Shown here: in pieces, positions 55,382-64,000 of the stretch
How positions within the stretch are numbered: position 1 is the stretch's first letter
Layout: the number at the start of each line of letters is the position of its first letter
Assembly: GCA_043801855.1 (NCBI GenBank)
Contig: JAZDLQ010000019.1
Location: 384 to 64,383, forward strand
Direction of reading: 5' to 3'
Length of the DNA stretch: 64,000 nt
Source of the DNA: an archaeon
GTDB lineage: Archaea; Nanobdellota; Nanobdellia; Woesearchaeales; GW2011-AR15
The notes under the pieces: generated by a model
Told to the model about the DNA's origin: nothing
What the model saw: the letters and a program-made list of their open reading frames with translations, nothing else
Database searches by the model: none
Program-made: the position numbers and the translations under genes

Positions 55382-58300
55382 TCAAAGATTATTGGATGTG
55401 TCTATCCACCTATCAGATAGAACCTCAGCTTGTTCTAAAACTAAATCTGTGGCAATTTTTTCTTTATCAGGAGGATAACCATATTTCTTTAGTAATTTAC
55501 GAATTTCCACCCTTAATTTGGCCCTCACTGATTCTCGTATTTTCCAGTCAATAGAAGTATTTCTTTTTATATAATCAGTTAATTCCCTTGCAATCTTTTT
55601 TAAAACAAGTTCTCCTAAAATATTCTTTGCACTTTCATTATCTGCAAGCGCATCATAGAAAGCAACTTCTTCATCTGTAAGTCCCAGTTCATCTCCTCTT
55701 TTTTTTGCATCCCTGACTTCTTTTGCTAATTCAACAAGTTCTTTAATAACCTGTGCTGAATCAATACTTTTATTCTGATACTTTCGGATTGCCTCTTCAA
55801 GCATCTCAGAAAATTTCTTATTCTTGATTTTGTTCTCTTTAAATCTTACCTTGATTTCGTCATACAGAAGGTTTTTTAATGCTTCAAATGCAAGGTTTTT
55901 GTAAGGCATTGTCTTGAATTCATCCAAAAATCTGTCCGATAATATTGAAATCTCTGGCTTTTCAACTCCAAGTTCTCTATAAATATCAATTATTCCATGT
56001 GATTCTATAGCTTTGGAAACAAGTTGTTTTATTGCTGTATCAGTTAATGTTGTCCTTCGGGTTTCTTCAGTATCAGTTTTCTTGAAAGCGTTTGATATTG
56101 CTTGAAATAGAGCAGCTTCTTCTCTAATTTTCTGTGCTTCTTGTGTAGTTGCTGCAAGCGATAATGCACGGATTAAACCACTTGTGTTTTTAACAAATCT
56201 TTCTTTTCCTTTATCTTGCTTTAATATAAAATCCAACATCTCAGGTACTATTCTCATCTTTTCTTTAGATGAAGCATCAAAAAACTTTTTGTATGGGTAG
56301 TTATGAAGCATGCCCGTTATTATTTCATACTTTTCCATCATTAATGAGACAGCTACACTAATGTCATATGAAGGTTTACCTTCTCCACCACTTTGGGAAT
56401 AGACAGAAATTGCTTTCTTAAGTTCCTCTGCAATTCCTATGAAATCAACAACTAATCCCCCTGTTTTCTCTTTGTATACTCTATTTACTCTGGCAATTGC
56501 CTGCATTAAATTATGATGTCGTATTGGCTTATCCAGATACATTGTATTGAGAGATGGAACATCAAAACCTGTCAGCCACATATCTCTCACAATAGCAATT
56601 TTAAAATCAGAGGATGATTCTTTAAAGAGTTCTGCCAACTCCCTTCTCTTTTGTTTAGTTCTTATATGTTCCTGCCATTTATTGCCATCAGCAGCAGACC
56701 CAGTCATAATGACTTTTATCTTTCCTTTGTCATCTTCCTTATTATACCAATCAGGTCTTACCTTCTTAATTGCATCATGCAAATCAATACAGATTCGTCT
56801 ACTCATACAAACAATTAGAGCTTTACCATCAAGAACACTTTGCTTTAGTTCAAAATGTCTAACAATACTCTGAGCAATTGTTTCAATTCTTTTATCAGTT
56901 CCAACCAATGCTTCAATGGTGCTCCATTTTGATTTTAGATATTGTTTATTGTCCTGTTCTTCAAACTCTGTAACATCTTCAATATCTTCGTCAAGCTGTT
57001 TAAAGATATCTTCATTTTTGCCTAGTTTTACAAGTTTAGATTCATAGTATATTGGAACAACTCGTTTGTCTTCAATAGCAACGTGCATGTCGTAAATATC
57101 AATGTAAGTTCCAAAGATTGCCCTTGTGCTTTTGTCTGCCATATCAATAGGTGTTCCTGTGAATCCTAAGAATGAGGCATTTGGTAAGGCATCTCTTAAG
57201 TACTTGGCAAATCCATATCTTAGTTTTTGGTTTTTGTTAAACTTCCCCTTGAAACCATATTGAGTTCTATGCGCTTCATCTGCAACCACAATTACATTAT
57301 CCCTGTTTGAAAGAAGTTCAAACTCCGATTCCTCTTTGTCATTAAACTTCTGTATTGTTGTAAAGAATATTCCTCCAGAAGAAACTTTAAGAGATTTTTT
57401 TAACTCGGATTGTGTATTAATCTTTTTTGGCTCTTCCCTAAATATTTGACCATAGTTTGAGAATGTATTAAAAAGTTGGTCGTCAAGGTCATTCCTATCT
57501 GTTATAACAACAATTGAAGGATTCTTCATTTCAGGAGTTCTTGTAATTTTACCAACATAGAAAGCCATTGTTAAGGACTTTCCTGATCCCTGAGTATGCC
57601 AAACTACACCTATCTTCTTATCTCCTGCTAATGCTTTGATGGTTTTATCAATGGCTTTATTGGCAGCATGGTACTGATGGTATCCTGCAATTACTTTAAT
57701 TGCATCTTTTTTTGTTTGCTGCTCATAACCTATAAAATTTCTAATCAAATCTATTATAACATTCTTATTGCACATCCCCTTTAGAACAACTTCAAGCTGT
57801 GGAACACTTTTAGGTATTCTTTTTCTGCCATCTATTGTTCGCCAAGGCATAAACCATTCCCAAGAGGAAGTCAGAGTTCCTACTTTGGCATCCGTGCCAT
57901 CGGCAATTATGATAAACTCATTGTGTGTAAATAGAGCGGGAATTTCTGTTAAATATGTCTGTATTTGCTCATATGCTGACCTTACAGTAGCAGTTGCAGA
58001 AGCAGGGTTTTTTAGCTCAATAAGCCCTATTGGAAGACCATTAATAAACAAGACAACATCAGGCCTTCTGTTATGCTCATTTTCAATAATAGTGAATTGA
58101 TTTATGGCTGTAAAATCATTTTTTTCTGGCTTTTCAAAGTCAAATAGCTTGACAATAACGCCTTTGATTCTATCTTTCTCTCTTACTTCAACTTCAACAC
58201 CATTAACTAAGAAATTGTGGAACTTTTCATTGTTTGCAATAGTCTTATGGCTTGTTGTTCTTGTAATCTTTTTAATTGCCTCATCTAAGGCTTCTTTTGT

Positions 58301-58486
58301 CAATGTAGGATTAATCTCTTTGAGTGCTGATTCAAGTCTATCATTGAGGACAACATCGTCCCATTTAGCTCTTTTTGGCTGTTCAGAATCAGGCGCAATG
58401 TCTGGTCCATATACTATGTCATAACCAAGTTCATACAGTATCTCTAATACTGCATTTTCAATATCCTGCTCAACGATAAATGACAT
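55382..58486 (-). CDS. hsdR: Type I restriction enzyme R subunit
   Basis: 1034 aa. N-terminal EQDIENAVLEILYELGYD, motif I HTQGSGKSLTM, motif II VVADEAHRTQYG, plus TGTPI and QAIARVNR. Confidence 0.9.
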   Translation of the reverse strand: MSFIVEQDIENAVLEILYELGYDIVYGPDIAPDSEQPKRAKWDDVVLNDRLESALKEINPTLTKEALDEAIKKITRTTSHKTIANNEKFHNFLVNGVEVEVREKDRIKGVIVKLFDFEKPEKNDFTAINQFTIIENEHNRRPDVVLFINGLPIGLIELKNPASATATVRSAYEQIQTYLTEIPALFTHNEFIIIADGTDAKVGTLTSSWEWFMPWRTIDGRKRIPKSVPQLEVVLKGMCNKNVIIDLIRNFIGYEQQTKKDAIKVIAGYHQYHAANKAIDKTIKALAGDKKIGVVWHTQGSGKSLTMAFYVGKITRTPEMKNPSIVVITDRNDLDDQLFNTFSNYGQIFREEPKKINTQSELKKSLKVSSGGIFFTTIQKFNDKEESEFELLSNRDNVIVVADEAHRTQYGFKGKFNKNQKLRYGFAKYLRDALPNASFLGFTGTPIDMADKSTRAIFGTYIDIYDMHVAIEDKRVVPIYYESKLVKLGKNEDIFKQLDEDIEDVTEFEEQDNKQYLKSKWSTIEALVGTDKRIETIAQSIVRHFELKQSVLDGKALIVCMSRRICIDLHDAIKKVRPDWYNKEDDKGKIKVIMTGSAADGNKWQEHIRTKQKRRELAELFKESSSDFKIAIVRDMWLTGFDVPSLNTMYLDKPIRHHNLMQAIARVNRVYKEKTGGLVVDFIGIAEELKKAISVYSQSGGEGKPSYDISVAVSLMMEKYEIITGMLHNYPYKKFFDASSKEKMRIVPEMLDFILKQDKGKERFVKNTSGLIRALSLAATTQEAQKIREEAALFQAISNAFKKTDTEETRRTTLTDTAIKQLVSKAIESHGIIDIYRELGVEKPEISILSDRFLDEFKTMPYKNLAFEALKNLLYDEIKVRFKENKIKNKKFSEMLEEAIRKYQNKSIDSAQVIKELVELAKEVRDAKKRGDELGLTDEEVAFYDALADNESAKNILGELVLKKIARELTDYIKRNTSIDWKIRESVRAKLRVEIRKLLKKYGYPPDKEKIATDLVLEQAEVLSDRWIDTSNNL

Positions 58487-58488
58487 TT

Positions 58489-59109
58489 TTATTTCTCTTT
58501 AGGTTCTTCTAAATTATTTTTATCTAATACTTCATCCTCAAGTTTTCTTAATTTTTCTATTATACTTAATTTATCCAGTTCTGCATCTTGATTTGCAATA
58601 ATATAATCTGTCATATTAAGATTACTTATTTGACTTAAAATTATTGAATTAGCATCTGTATTTAATGGATTCCAAAGAACTACATCGCATTCAATACTAT
58701 AGGGTGAATTTGTCCCAAACGCCCAAGAAGTCATATTACTGCTCCCTATAATTGTAATAATATACTCTGAATTTTTTTTTAAGAAATATATTTTTGCATG
58801 CCATTTTTGTTTGGAAGTGAATGCAGTATAATTAACTGTCCCTACAATACTTTTCATAACACTAACAAAATTTAGATATTTATACATCCAAATTTTATTA
58901 TATACTCCTATTGTTGTTAATTTAATGTTATTTGCCTTAATATTGTTTGCGAAATTTCCTTGTTGGCTTAATTTGAACTTATTCCCTTCAGAGAAAAATC
59001 CTGAACAAATAGTAATATTTACATCTTTAAATGAAGTGATTGACTGTAAAATTATTTGTCTAAATATATTGGGAGATGCTTGTTTTCGTAAAATAAATAA
59101 TATTTTCAT
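58489..59109 (-). CDS. PLD-superfamily (single HKD-like motif) nuclease embedded between hsdS and hsdR
   Basis: WHAKIYFLKKNSEYIITIIGSSNMTSWAF has the HxK...GSxN pattern (the conserved Asp position is Lys). Abuts hsdS with no gap and lies 2 nt from hsdR. Confidence 0.6.
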   Translation of the reverse strand: MKILFILRKQASPNIFRQIILQSITSFKDVNITICSGFFSEGNKFKLSQQGNFANNIKANNIKLTTIGVYNKIWMYKYLNFVSVMKSIVGTVNYTAFTSKQKWHAKIYFLKKNSEYIITIIGSSNMTSWAFGTNSPYSIECDVVLWNPLNTDANSIILSQISNLNMTDYIIANQDAELDKLSIIEKLRKLEDEVLDKNNLEEPKEK

Positions 59110-60441
59110 TTATACCTCATTAGGAACTCTAATTTTTCCAGACATCAGTTTTGGAAGAAGGGAATCACGGATTTGAATCAATGTCTTAAATTCATGAGTA
59201 TTATTTTCTATTTTTTTAAAATATGATGATACAATATTGGAAAATTGGAGCATACTTTTTTTAGGTGGTAAAAGAATTAAGGTATTATTAATTTCAGCTT
59301 TTCCTATATTCTGCTGGGCGGATTGTGTTTGTTTTGACAAAATTGTATTTAAAAAATTGATTGAACTAATTAAAAAATATAAATAATCTTGAGAAAGAAT
59401 AGCATCATTCTTTGAAATAAATTTACCTACACGATAGTTTTGTAGTATTTCTTCTTCTGGTTCATAATAGCGTGCATATTTACCAATTGTCGCACCTGTT
59501 AAAGCCATTAAAATATCCCCTGAGTGAATTCGGATATTCTCAAATTTTGAAAGTCTTTTTCTATCAACAAAATCACATGAAGACAAATCTATTTCTCCAT
59601 TATCATTTATTTGAGTGATTTTAAAAACTTTAACACCCTCATTCGTAAAATCATAATGTCTAAATTGATATCCATGTATTAAGTCAGCAACCTCATCAAA
59701 AGAAATTATTTTCCATTCCTTAGGTATTTCTCCTAATTCAGAATCAATGGTCTCTCCACCTGATGATTTATATGGCTTTCCTTCTACATTTGGAAATTCA
59801 AAATCTATAAACCAATGCTTAAATATGGCTTGACCAATTGCTTCTAATGTTTTATTCATTTGCTGGTTTAGTTCTATTTTAGAATCAATGGCAGAAAGGA
59901 TTTTGGCGATTGATTCTTGCTCTTGAATATTAGGGTAAGCAAAAGGAAGTTCTTCAAAATCTCTTTGATATAAATGTGGAATTACAGAACCTTCTTTACG
60001 TGTTTCAATTAACCACTTAAATAAAGGTAATTTAAAAAAATAAAATAGAAATTTCTGGTCAATTTCACCTGATTTAGCCCTTATAACAAAGATACCAGAA
60101 GCAACACTTGATTTTTCGGGTAATTTCTCAATAAATGCAACCTTACCTATAGTTCCATCTTTAGTCATAACAATATCATTTTCTTTTAATTGAATTTCAG
60201 GAGATTCATCATATCTCCATTCGGGAACTCTTCCACAATCTGACCAATCAAGCCTATTATCTTGTATTTGTGTTCCATTAATAATGACAATTCCAGAACC
60301 ATCTGTGAGATACTCTGATTTTTGTAGTCCTTTCCACCCAATTCTTCCTTTTATATACAAGTGCTTACTTAAAATATCATAATTCCAATCTTCAGGAATC
60401 TCTCCTATTTCAGTTTGTTTGAGTTTTATTTTTTGATTCAT
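59110..60441 (-). CDS. hsdS: Type I R-M specificity subunit (two target-recognition domains)
   Basis: 443 aa with a duplicated TRD architecture (IGEIPEDW... / LGEIPKEW...) and conserved helical spacers (ESIAKILSAIDSKIE, IQIRDSLLPKLMSGKIRV). Confidence 0.85.
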   Translation of the reverse strand: MNQKIKLKQTEIGEIPEDWNYDILSKHLYIKGRIGWKGLQKSEYLTDGSGIVIINGTQIQDNRLDWSDCGRVPEWRYDESPEIQLKENDIVMTKDGTIGKVAFIEKLPEKSSVASGIFVIRAKSGEIDQKFLFYFFKLPLFKWLIETRKEGSVIPHLYQRDFEELPFAYPNIQEQESIAKILSAIDSKIELNQQMNKTLEAIGQAIFKHWFIDFEFPNVEGKPYKSSGGETIDSELGEIPKEWKIISFDEVADLIHGYQFRHYDFTNEGVKVFKITQINDNGEIDLSSCDFVDRKRLSKFENIRIHSGDILMALTGATIGKYARYYEPEEEILQNYRVGKFISKNDAILSQDYLYFLISSINFLNTILSKQTQSAQQNIGKAEINNTLILLPPKKSMLQFSNIVSSYFKKIENNTHEFKTLIQIRDSLLPKLMSGKIRVPNEV

Positions 60442-61075
60442 CTGATTTAATTCTATTCATTAGTAAAGTTAGATTATGCTCATAAGATTTAATTGGTCCA
60501 AAATAATTGGAAAGATATGTTCTTGTCTCGGATTTTATTAACTCAGACTGATAATTAATCTTCAAATGATATAACATTGCCAAAACAACATCAACGGAAG
60601 TAACTTGTTCAGCTATCTTTTTTCCTCTTTTATCATGTGTTCTTTTTAAAATACCTATTACTAATAAGACTGAAAGCATAGCTAACCCACCAATAATTGT
60701 AACCCATTTTATAGTAGATGTAACACCAACTACGGCACTTGTTACTGTTGTTAATTTTGAAATAGTAGCCGATACTTGACCTTCTAATAAACCATTTGAT
60801 TGCGTCAAAGAAGTAATATCTGATAAGGAAGAAGCTAATAGTGTGTTAATTGTGTTTGAGAATAAAGTAACAGCACCCAAACTTATTGTAAGGATAATGT
60901 TAATTATTAACAGGTTTTCATTGCTTGACTGAAATTTATTCTGCAGATTCATCTCAAATGTCAAATGATACTCTTCTCTTTCGTGCTGAAAATACTCTAT
61001 TAAATTATCTATATAATTAGTATCAGTTTGACCTATTGTATTACTCTTTTTGTTTTTCTGTTTCTTTGTGTTCAT
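60410..61075 (-). CDS. Two-TM membrane protein of unknown function inside the type I R-M operon
   Basis: TM helices LLIINIILTISLGAVTLF and WVTIIGGLAMLSVLLVIGIL, separated by a Ser/Thr-rich loop. The 3' end overlaps hsdS by 32 nt. Confidence 0.5.
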   Translation of the reverse strand: MNTKKQKNKKSNTIGQTDTNYIDNLIEYFQHEREEYHLTFEMNLQNKFQSSNENLLIINIILTISLGAVTLFSNTINTLLASSLSDITSLTQSNGLLEGQVSATISKLTTVTSAVVGVTSTIKWVTIIGGLAMLSVLLVIGILKRTHDKRGKKIAEQVTSVDVVLAMLYHLKINYQSELIKSETRTYLSNYFGPIKSYEHNLTLLMNRIKSDESKNKTQTN

Positions 61076-61108
61076 GCATTTCTTCCTTATTTTTATTTAA
61101 ATATTGCC

Positions 61109-61966
61109 TCATTTTGAAATTATAATTGATAAGAGATATATCCAAAATGAGAGTATTATTGCAGGAATACCTGTTGTAAGCATGTAGTATCCAGAATTAA
61201 TTAATGTTCGTTTGATTTTTCCAAGCTTATTTAATTCAGTTAGTTTGTCAATAAACATTTCTGTTATTGACTGCGAGCTCATATATCCATGTTCTGGCAA
61301 GCATGCTTCTCTATTTTCTGGAGCAACAACGTATTCAACTAATGATTTTCCACCTCCTTGGTTGCAGTGTATCTGATAGACATAATCTTTTGCATACTTT
61401 GGATTATCATACCTACAATAATCAGCTATTGTGTTAGAGTCAATAACAAAACCATGCCTTCTTCCATGTCCAAATAAATATACCGTTCTGATATGTTTAT
61501 TTTCCATTATTTCATCTAAGGTTGCTTGATTTATTTCGTTATATATTGCATAATCTTCATTCTTTTCTTTTAGATATTTTAATACTAAAATTAAATCTAA
61601 TTCAAAATTTGGGTTAAACCAATAGCTTGGTCGCTTGTAATCTGTTTTCCCTATAACTACAACTGTTTTTGCAGGAGTATTTTTTTTACAACTCCATGTA
61701 TATGCATAAACAATTATTGCACATGCAACAGAATTTAATACTCTGAAAGGTAAAAGAACCAAAAAAAAGACTATTGAAATGAATGCAGGAATTAAAAATA
61801 AAATAGGAAGAGCATTAGAAATGTTTGTGACTTTTTTAAATACATAAAAAATAAAAAAAGATATGACCAAGAAATAAAATGCCAATGAAATCATATCTGG
61901 CTTATTTTTTATATAATACTTTGATTTGTCTGATTCCTTCTTTGTATCTGGATTATTGTTTTTCAT
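61109..61966 (-). CDS. Polytopic membrane protein with a soluble domain carrying a caspase-like His/Cys signature
   Basis: Three N-terminal TM helices and one C-terminal TM. VVVIGK...RTVYLFGHGRRHGFVI...YVYQIHCNQGGGKS. Start taken at ATG 61966; the ORF opens at 62113. Confidence 0.45.
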   Translation of the reverse strand: MKNNNPDTKKESDKSKYYIKNKPDMISLAFYFLVISFFIFYVFKKVTNISNALPILFLIPAFISIVFFLVLLPFRVLNSVACAIIVYAYTWSCKKNTPAKTVVVIGKTDYKRPSYWFNPNFELDLILVLKYLKEKNEDYAIYNEINQATLDEIMENKHIRTVYLFGHGRRHGFVIDSNTIADYCRYDNPKYAKDYVYQIHCNQGGGKSLVEYVVAPENREACLPEHGYMSSQSITEMFIDKLTELNKLGKIKRTLINSGYYMLTTGIPAIILSFWIYLLSIIISK

Positions 61967-62633
61967 TTTGGGAGTGTTGATGATGATGAAACTCTTGTTT
62001 AAGCATTTCATTATATATTTTGATTTCAAGTTTTTTTCTTTGGTTTCTAAATTGCCAGTAATTTTCAATATTATAATCCTTCGAGTTGCGACTATAGGAA
62101 TAGAAATCTCCAAAAATTTTAACTAATTCAATTCCTACAAGAGAGAAACTTAAAGCAATAAAAAAATTAAGTATTAACCTGAAATTGAAAATGTTTATGA
62201 ATGTTCTTAAATCTTTCGTATCAATATTTTGAACATATGAAGGTTCAATTATTTTTACATTTTCTTCAACTGCACTCACTCTATTAGATATTGATTGAAT
62301 TTGATTATTGTTTTCCTCAACTTGAGTTTTAAGAGAAAAAATCTCAGTTCTAATGTCTTTAATAGTGGTATCTTTAATTTGATTAGTTTCCATTATCGTA
62401 ACTTTCTCATTCAACATTTGAATAGCATTTTTTTGAGAATCTATAGAGCCAATTATTGTGTCTGTTTTGCTCCTTAATTCTTGGCTTATTTCATCTTGAT
62501 TTCTTGTAATAGGTGTTAAATCAATATTTTTTGTGCCTATTATACCAAGAATAATTAATACAATAAAAGCAACTATTACAATCATTGCTCTATTACTGAA
62601 TATACTAATGTTAGCTTTTCTATTCATATCCAA
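61953..62633 (-). CDS. Bitopic membrane protein with a coiled-coil segment and a His-rich tail, inside the type I R-M operon
   Basis: [19 protein letters not shown], a long heptad-like segment, a second [18 protein letters not shown], and the tail EFHHHQHSQ. Overlaps the hsdM stop by 10 nt. Confidence 0.5.
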   Translation of the reverse strand: MDMNRKANISIFSNRAMIVIVAFIVLIILGIIGTKNIDLTPITRNQDEISQELRSKTDTIIGSIDSQKNAIQMLNEKVTIMETNQIKDTTIKDIRTEIFSLKTQVEENNNQIQSISNRVSAVEENVKIIEPSYVQNIDTKDLRTFINIFNFRLILNFFIALSFSLVGIELVKIFGDFYSYSRNSKDYNIENYWQFRNQRKKLEIKIYNEMLKQEFHHHQHSQNEKQ

Positions 62634-64000
62634 TACCCTATCTTTTCCAGATTCTTTTTAATTTCTTCATCAAGCTTCCTTCCTGCTTGCATCTGCTTGG
62701 CAAGGTCTGATGTAAACCTTTTCATTTTCTCATCAAAAACTTCTAGGTCTTCTTCCTCTTCTTCTGCACCTACATATCTACCAGGTGTTAATATGTGAGA
62801 ATGTTTTCTTATCTCTTCGAGCTTAGCAGATTTGCAGAATCCAAGGACATCTTCATAATTGCCACCTTCTCCTCTCCAAGAATGATATGTGGCTGCAATC
62901 TTTTTAATCTCGTCATCAGTGAGTTCTTTATGCCTTCTATCATACATAATACCCAACTTACGAGCATCAATAAACAAAAACTCTCTTTCTCTGTTCCTAA
63001 ATTTGTGATTCTTCTTGTCTCTTGAAATAAACCACAAACAAGCAGGAATCATTGTGTTATAAAATAATTGAGATGGCAAAGCAACCATACAATCTATTAA
63101 ATCAGCCTCTACAAGATTTTTTCTAATATCCCCCTCTCCACTTGTGTTTGAAGACATTGAACCATTTGCTAAAACTATGCCTGCTGTTCCTGTTTGTGAT
63201 AAGTGATGTATCATATGTTGAAGCCATGCAAAATTGGCATTTCCAACAGGAGGAACACCATACTTCCACCTGACATCTTCTCTTAGGTATTCTCCACCCC
63301 AATCAGAAATATTAAAAGGAGGATTCGCAAGGATAAAATCTGATTTTAAATCTTTGTGATTGTCTTTATGAAATGTATCTCCTAACATGATTTGCTTGCT
63401 CTCTATCCCTCTGATAGATAGATTCATCTTGCACAGTTTCCAAGTAGTAGGATTACTTTCTTGTCCATATATAGAAACATCATCGATTCTACCCTGATGT
63501 TCCTTTACGAACTTTTCAGATTGAACAAACATCCCGCCTGATCCGCAACAGGGGTCATATACTCTACCTTTGTATGGCTCAATCATTTCAACCAAAAGCC
63601 TAACTATACTTCGAGGAGTGTAGAACTGACCTCCTTTTTTACCTTCTGCATCTGCAAATTGCCCTAAGAAATACTCGTATACTCTACCAAGGATGTCTTT
63701 TTTCTTGCTCTCTTCGTCCCCTAATCCAATAGTTCCTATAAGGTCAATAAGCTCTCCCAATCTTCTTTTGTCTAATGCTGGTCTTGCATAATCCTTAGGT
63801 AGAACACCTTTTAATGAGGGATTCTCTTTCTCAATAAGTTCCATTGCATCATCGATAAACTTCCCTATCTCAGACAGTTTTGCTCTATCCTGAAGAAAAG
63901 TCCATCTTGCTTCTTTAGGAACCCAAAATACTCTCCTTGATATGTATTCGTCCCTTTCTTCAGGTCCAAGGCTATCTTTATCTTTTTCAAGTTCTTTGTA
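62624..64000 (-). CDS. hsdM: Type I R-M N6-adenine DNA methyltransferase subunit (5' end beyond the window)
   Basis: [22 protein letters not shown] and [13 protein letters not shown]. The frame stays open to nt 64000 ([33 protein letters not shown]), so the true start is off-window. Confidence 0.9.
   Translation of the reverse strand, partial: YKELEKDKDSLGPEERDEYISRRVFWVPKEARWTFLQDRAKLSEIGKFIDDAMELIEKENPSLKGVLPKDYARPALDKRRLGELIDLIGTIGLGDEESKKKDILGRVYEYFLGQFADAEGKKGGQFYTPRSIVRLLVEMIEPYKGRVYDPCCGSGGMFVQSEKFVKEHQGRIDDVSIYGQESNPTTWKLCKMNLSIRGIESKQIMLGDTFHKDNHKDLKSDFILANPPFNISDWGGEYLREDVRWKYGVPPVGNANFAWLQHMIHHLSQTGTAGIVLANGSMSSNTSGEGDIRKNLVEADLIDCMVALPSQLFYNTMIPACLWFISRDKKNHKFRNREREFLFIDARKLGIMYDRRHKELTDDEIKKIAATYHSWRGEGGNYEDVLGFCKSAKLEEIRKHSHILTPGRYVGAEEEEEDLEVFDEKMKRFTSDLAKQMQAGRKLDEEIKKNLEKIGYWI

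Noticed and set aside
1-64000. A search for CRISPR arrays, rRNA/tRNA genes, integrases/transposases and terminal inverted or direct repeats
   Set aside because: No regularly spaced direct repeats, no GC-rich structured-RNA islands with tRNA or rRNA signatures, and no tyrosine or serine recombinase or DDE motifs were recognised by eye. This is a negative result only and should be confirmed with tRNAscan-SE, Infernal, minCED and ISEScan.

Overview
AT-rich, densely coded window that looks archaeal. The evidence is a PGF-pre-PGF and DUF835 architecture in a giant surface protein carrying roughly 80 N-x-S/T sequons, an AEP primase-polymerase, Lrp/AsnC and MEDS proteins, TATA-like boxes and strong GGAGGTGA-type ribosome-binding sites. 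I recognised no rRNA, tRNA, CRISPR array, integrase or transposase. All family assignments come from motifs read by eye; no searches were run. Four blocks stand out. (1) About 0.3-40.5 kb looks like a plasmid or integrated conjugative-type element. It has a type IV secretion-like or Ced/Ted-like membrane module at 4.8-19.6 kb: a giant adhesin, a VirB2-like pilin, two VirB6-like polytopic paralogs and a VirB4-like ATPase preceded by an ATPase-less paralog of its N-domain plus a weaker third candidate. No relaxase or coupling protein is visible. This is followed by a replication, maintenance and anti-restriction module: primase-polymerase, VapBC-like TA, xseAB, HIRAN and PC4-like proteins, a ThiF/E1-like protein next to a protein ending in Gly-Gly, an AbiE-like wHTH and nucleotidyltransferase pair, a methyltransferase-SNF2 fusion and an ArdC-like protein. 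(2) 40.7-47.4 kb holds a tightly coupled minus-strand operon: DRG-like GTPase, agmatinase-like, ThrC-like PLP enzyme, radical-SAM-like protein with CX8CX2C spacing, and PaaK-like adenylating enzyme. Opposite it sits an HDAC-like gene interrupted at an A10 run. (3) 47.9-55.1 kb is a nuclease-rich island: a split membrane-anchored Cas4-like nuclease, a large protein with a FokI-like cleavage domain, another Cas4-like nuclease, and a wHTH/PIN/unknown trio. (4) 55.4->64 kb is a type I R-M operon (hsdM-hsdS-hsdR) carrying four extra in-operon genes: three membrane proteins, one with a caspase-like His/Cys signature, and a PLD/HKD nuclease. The best candidates for an undescribed system are the relaxase-less T4SS-like locus and the augmented type I R-M operon.
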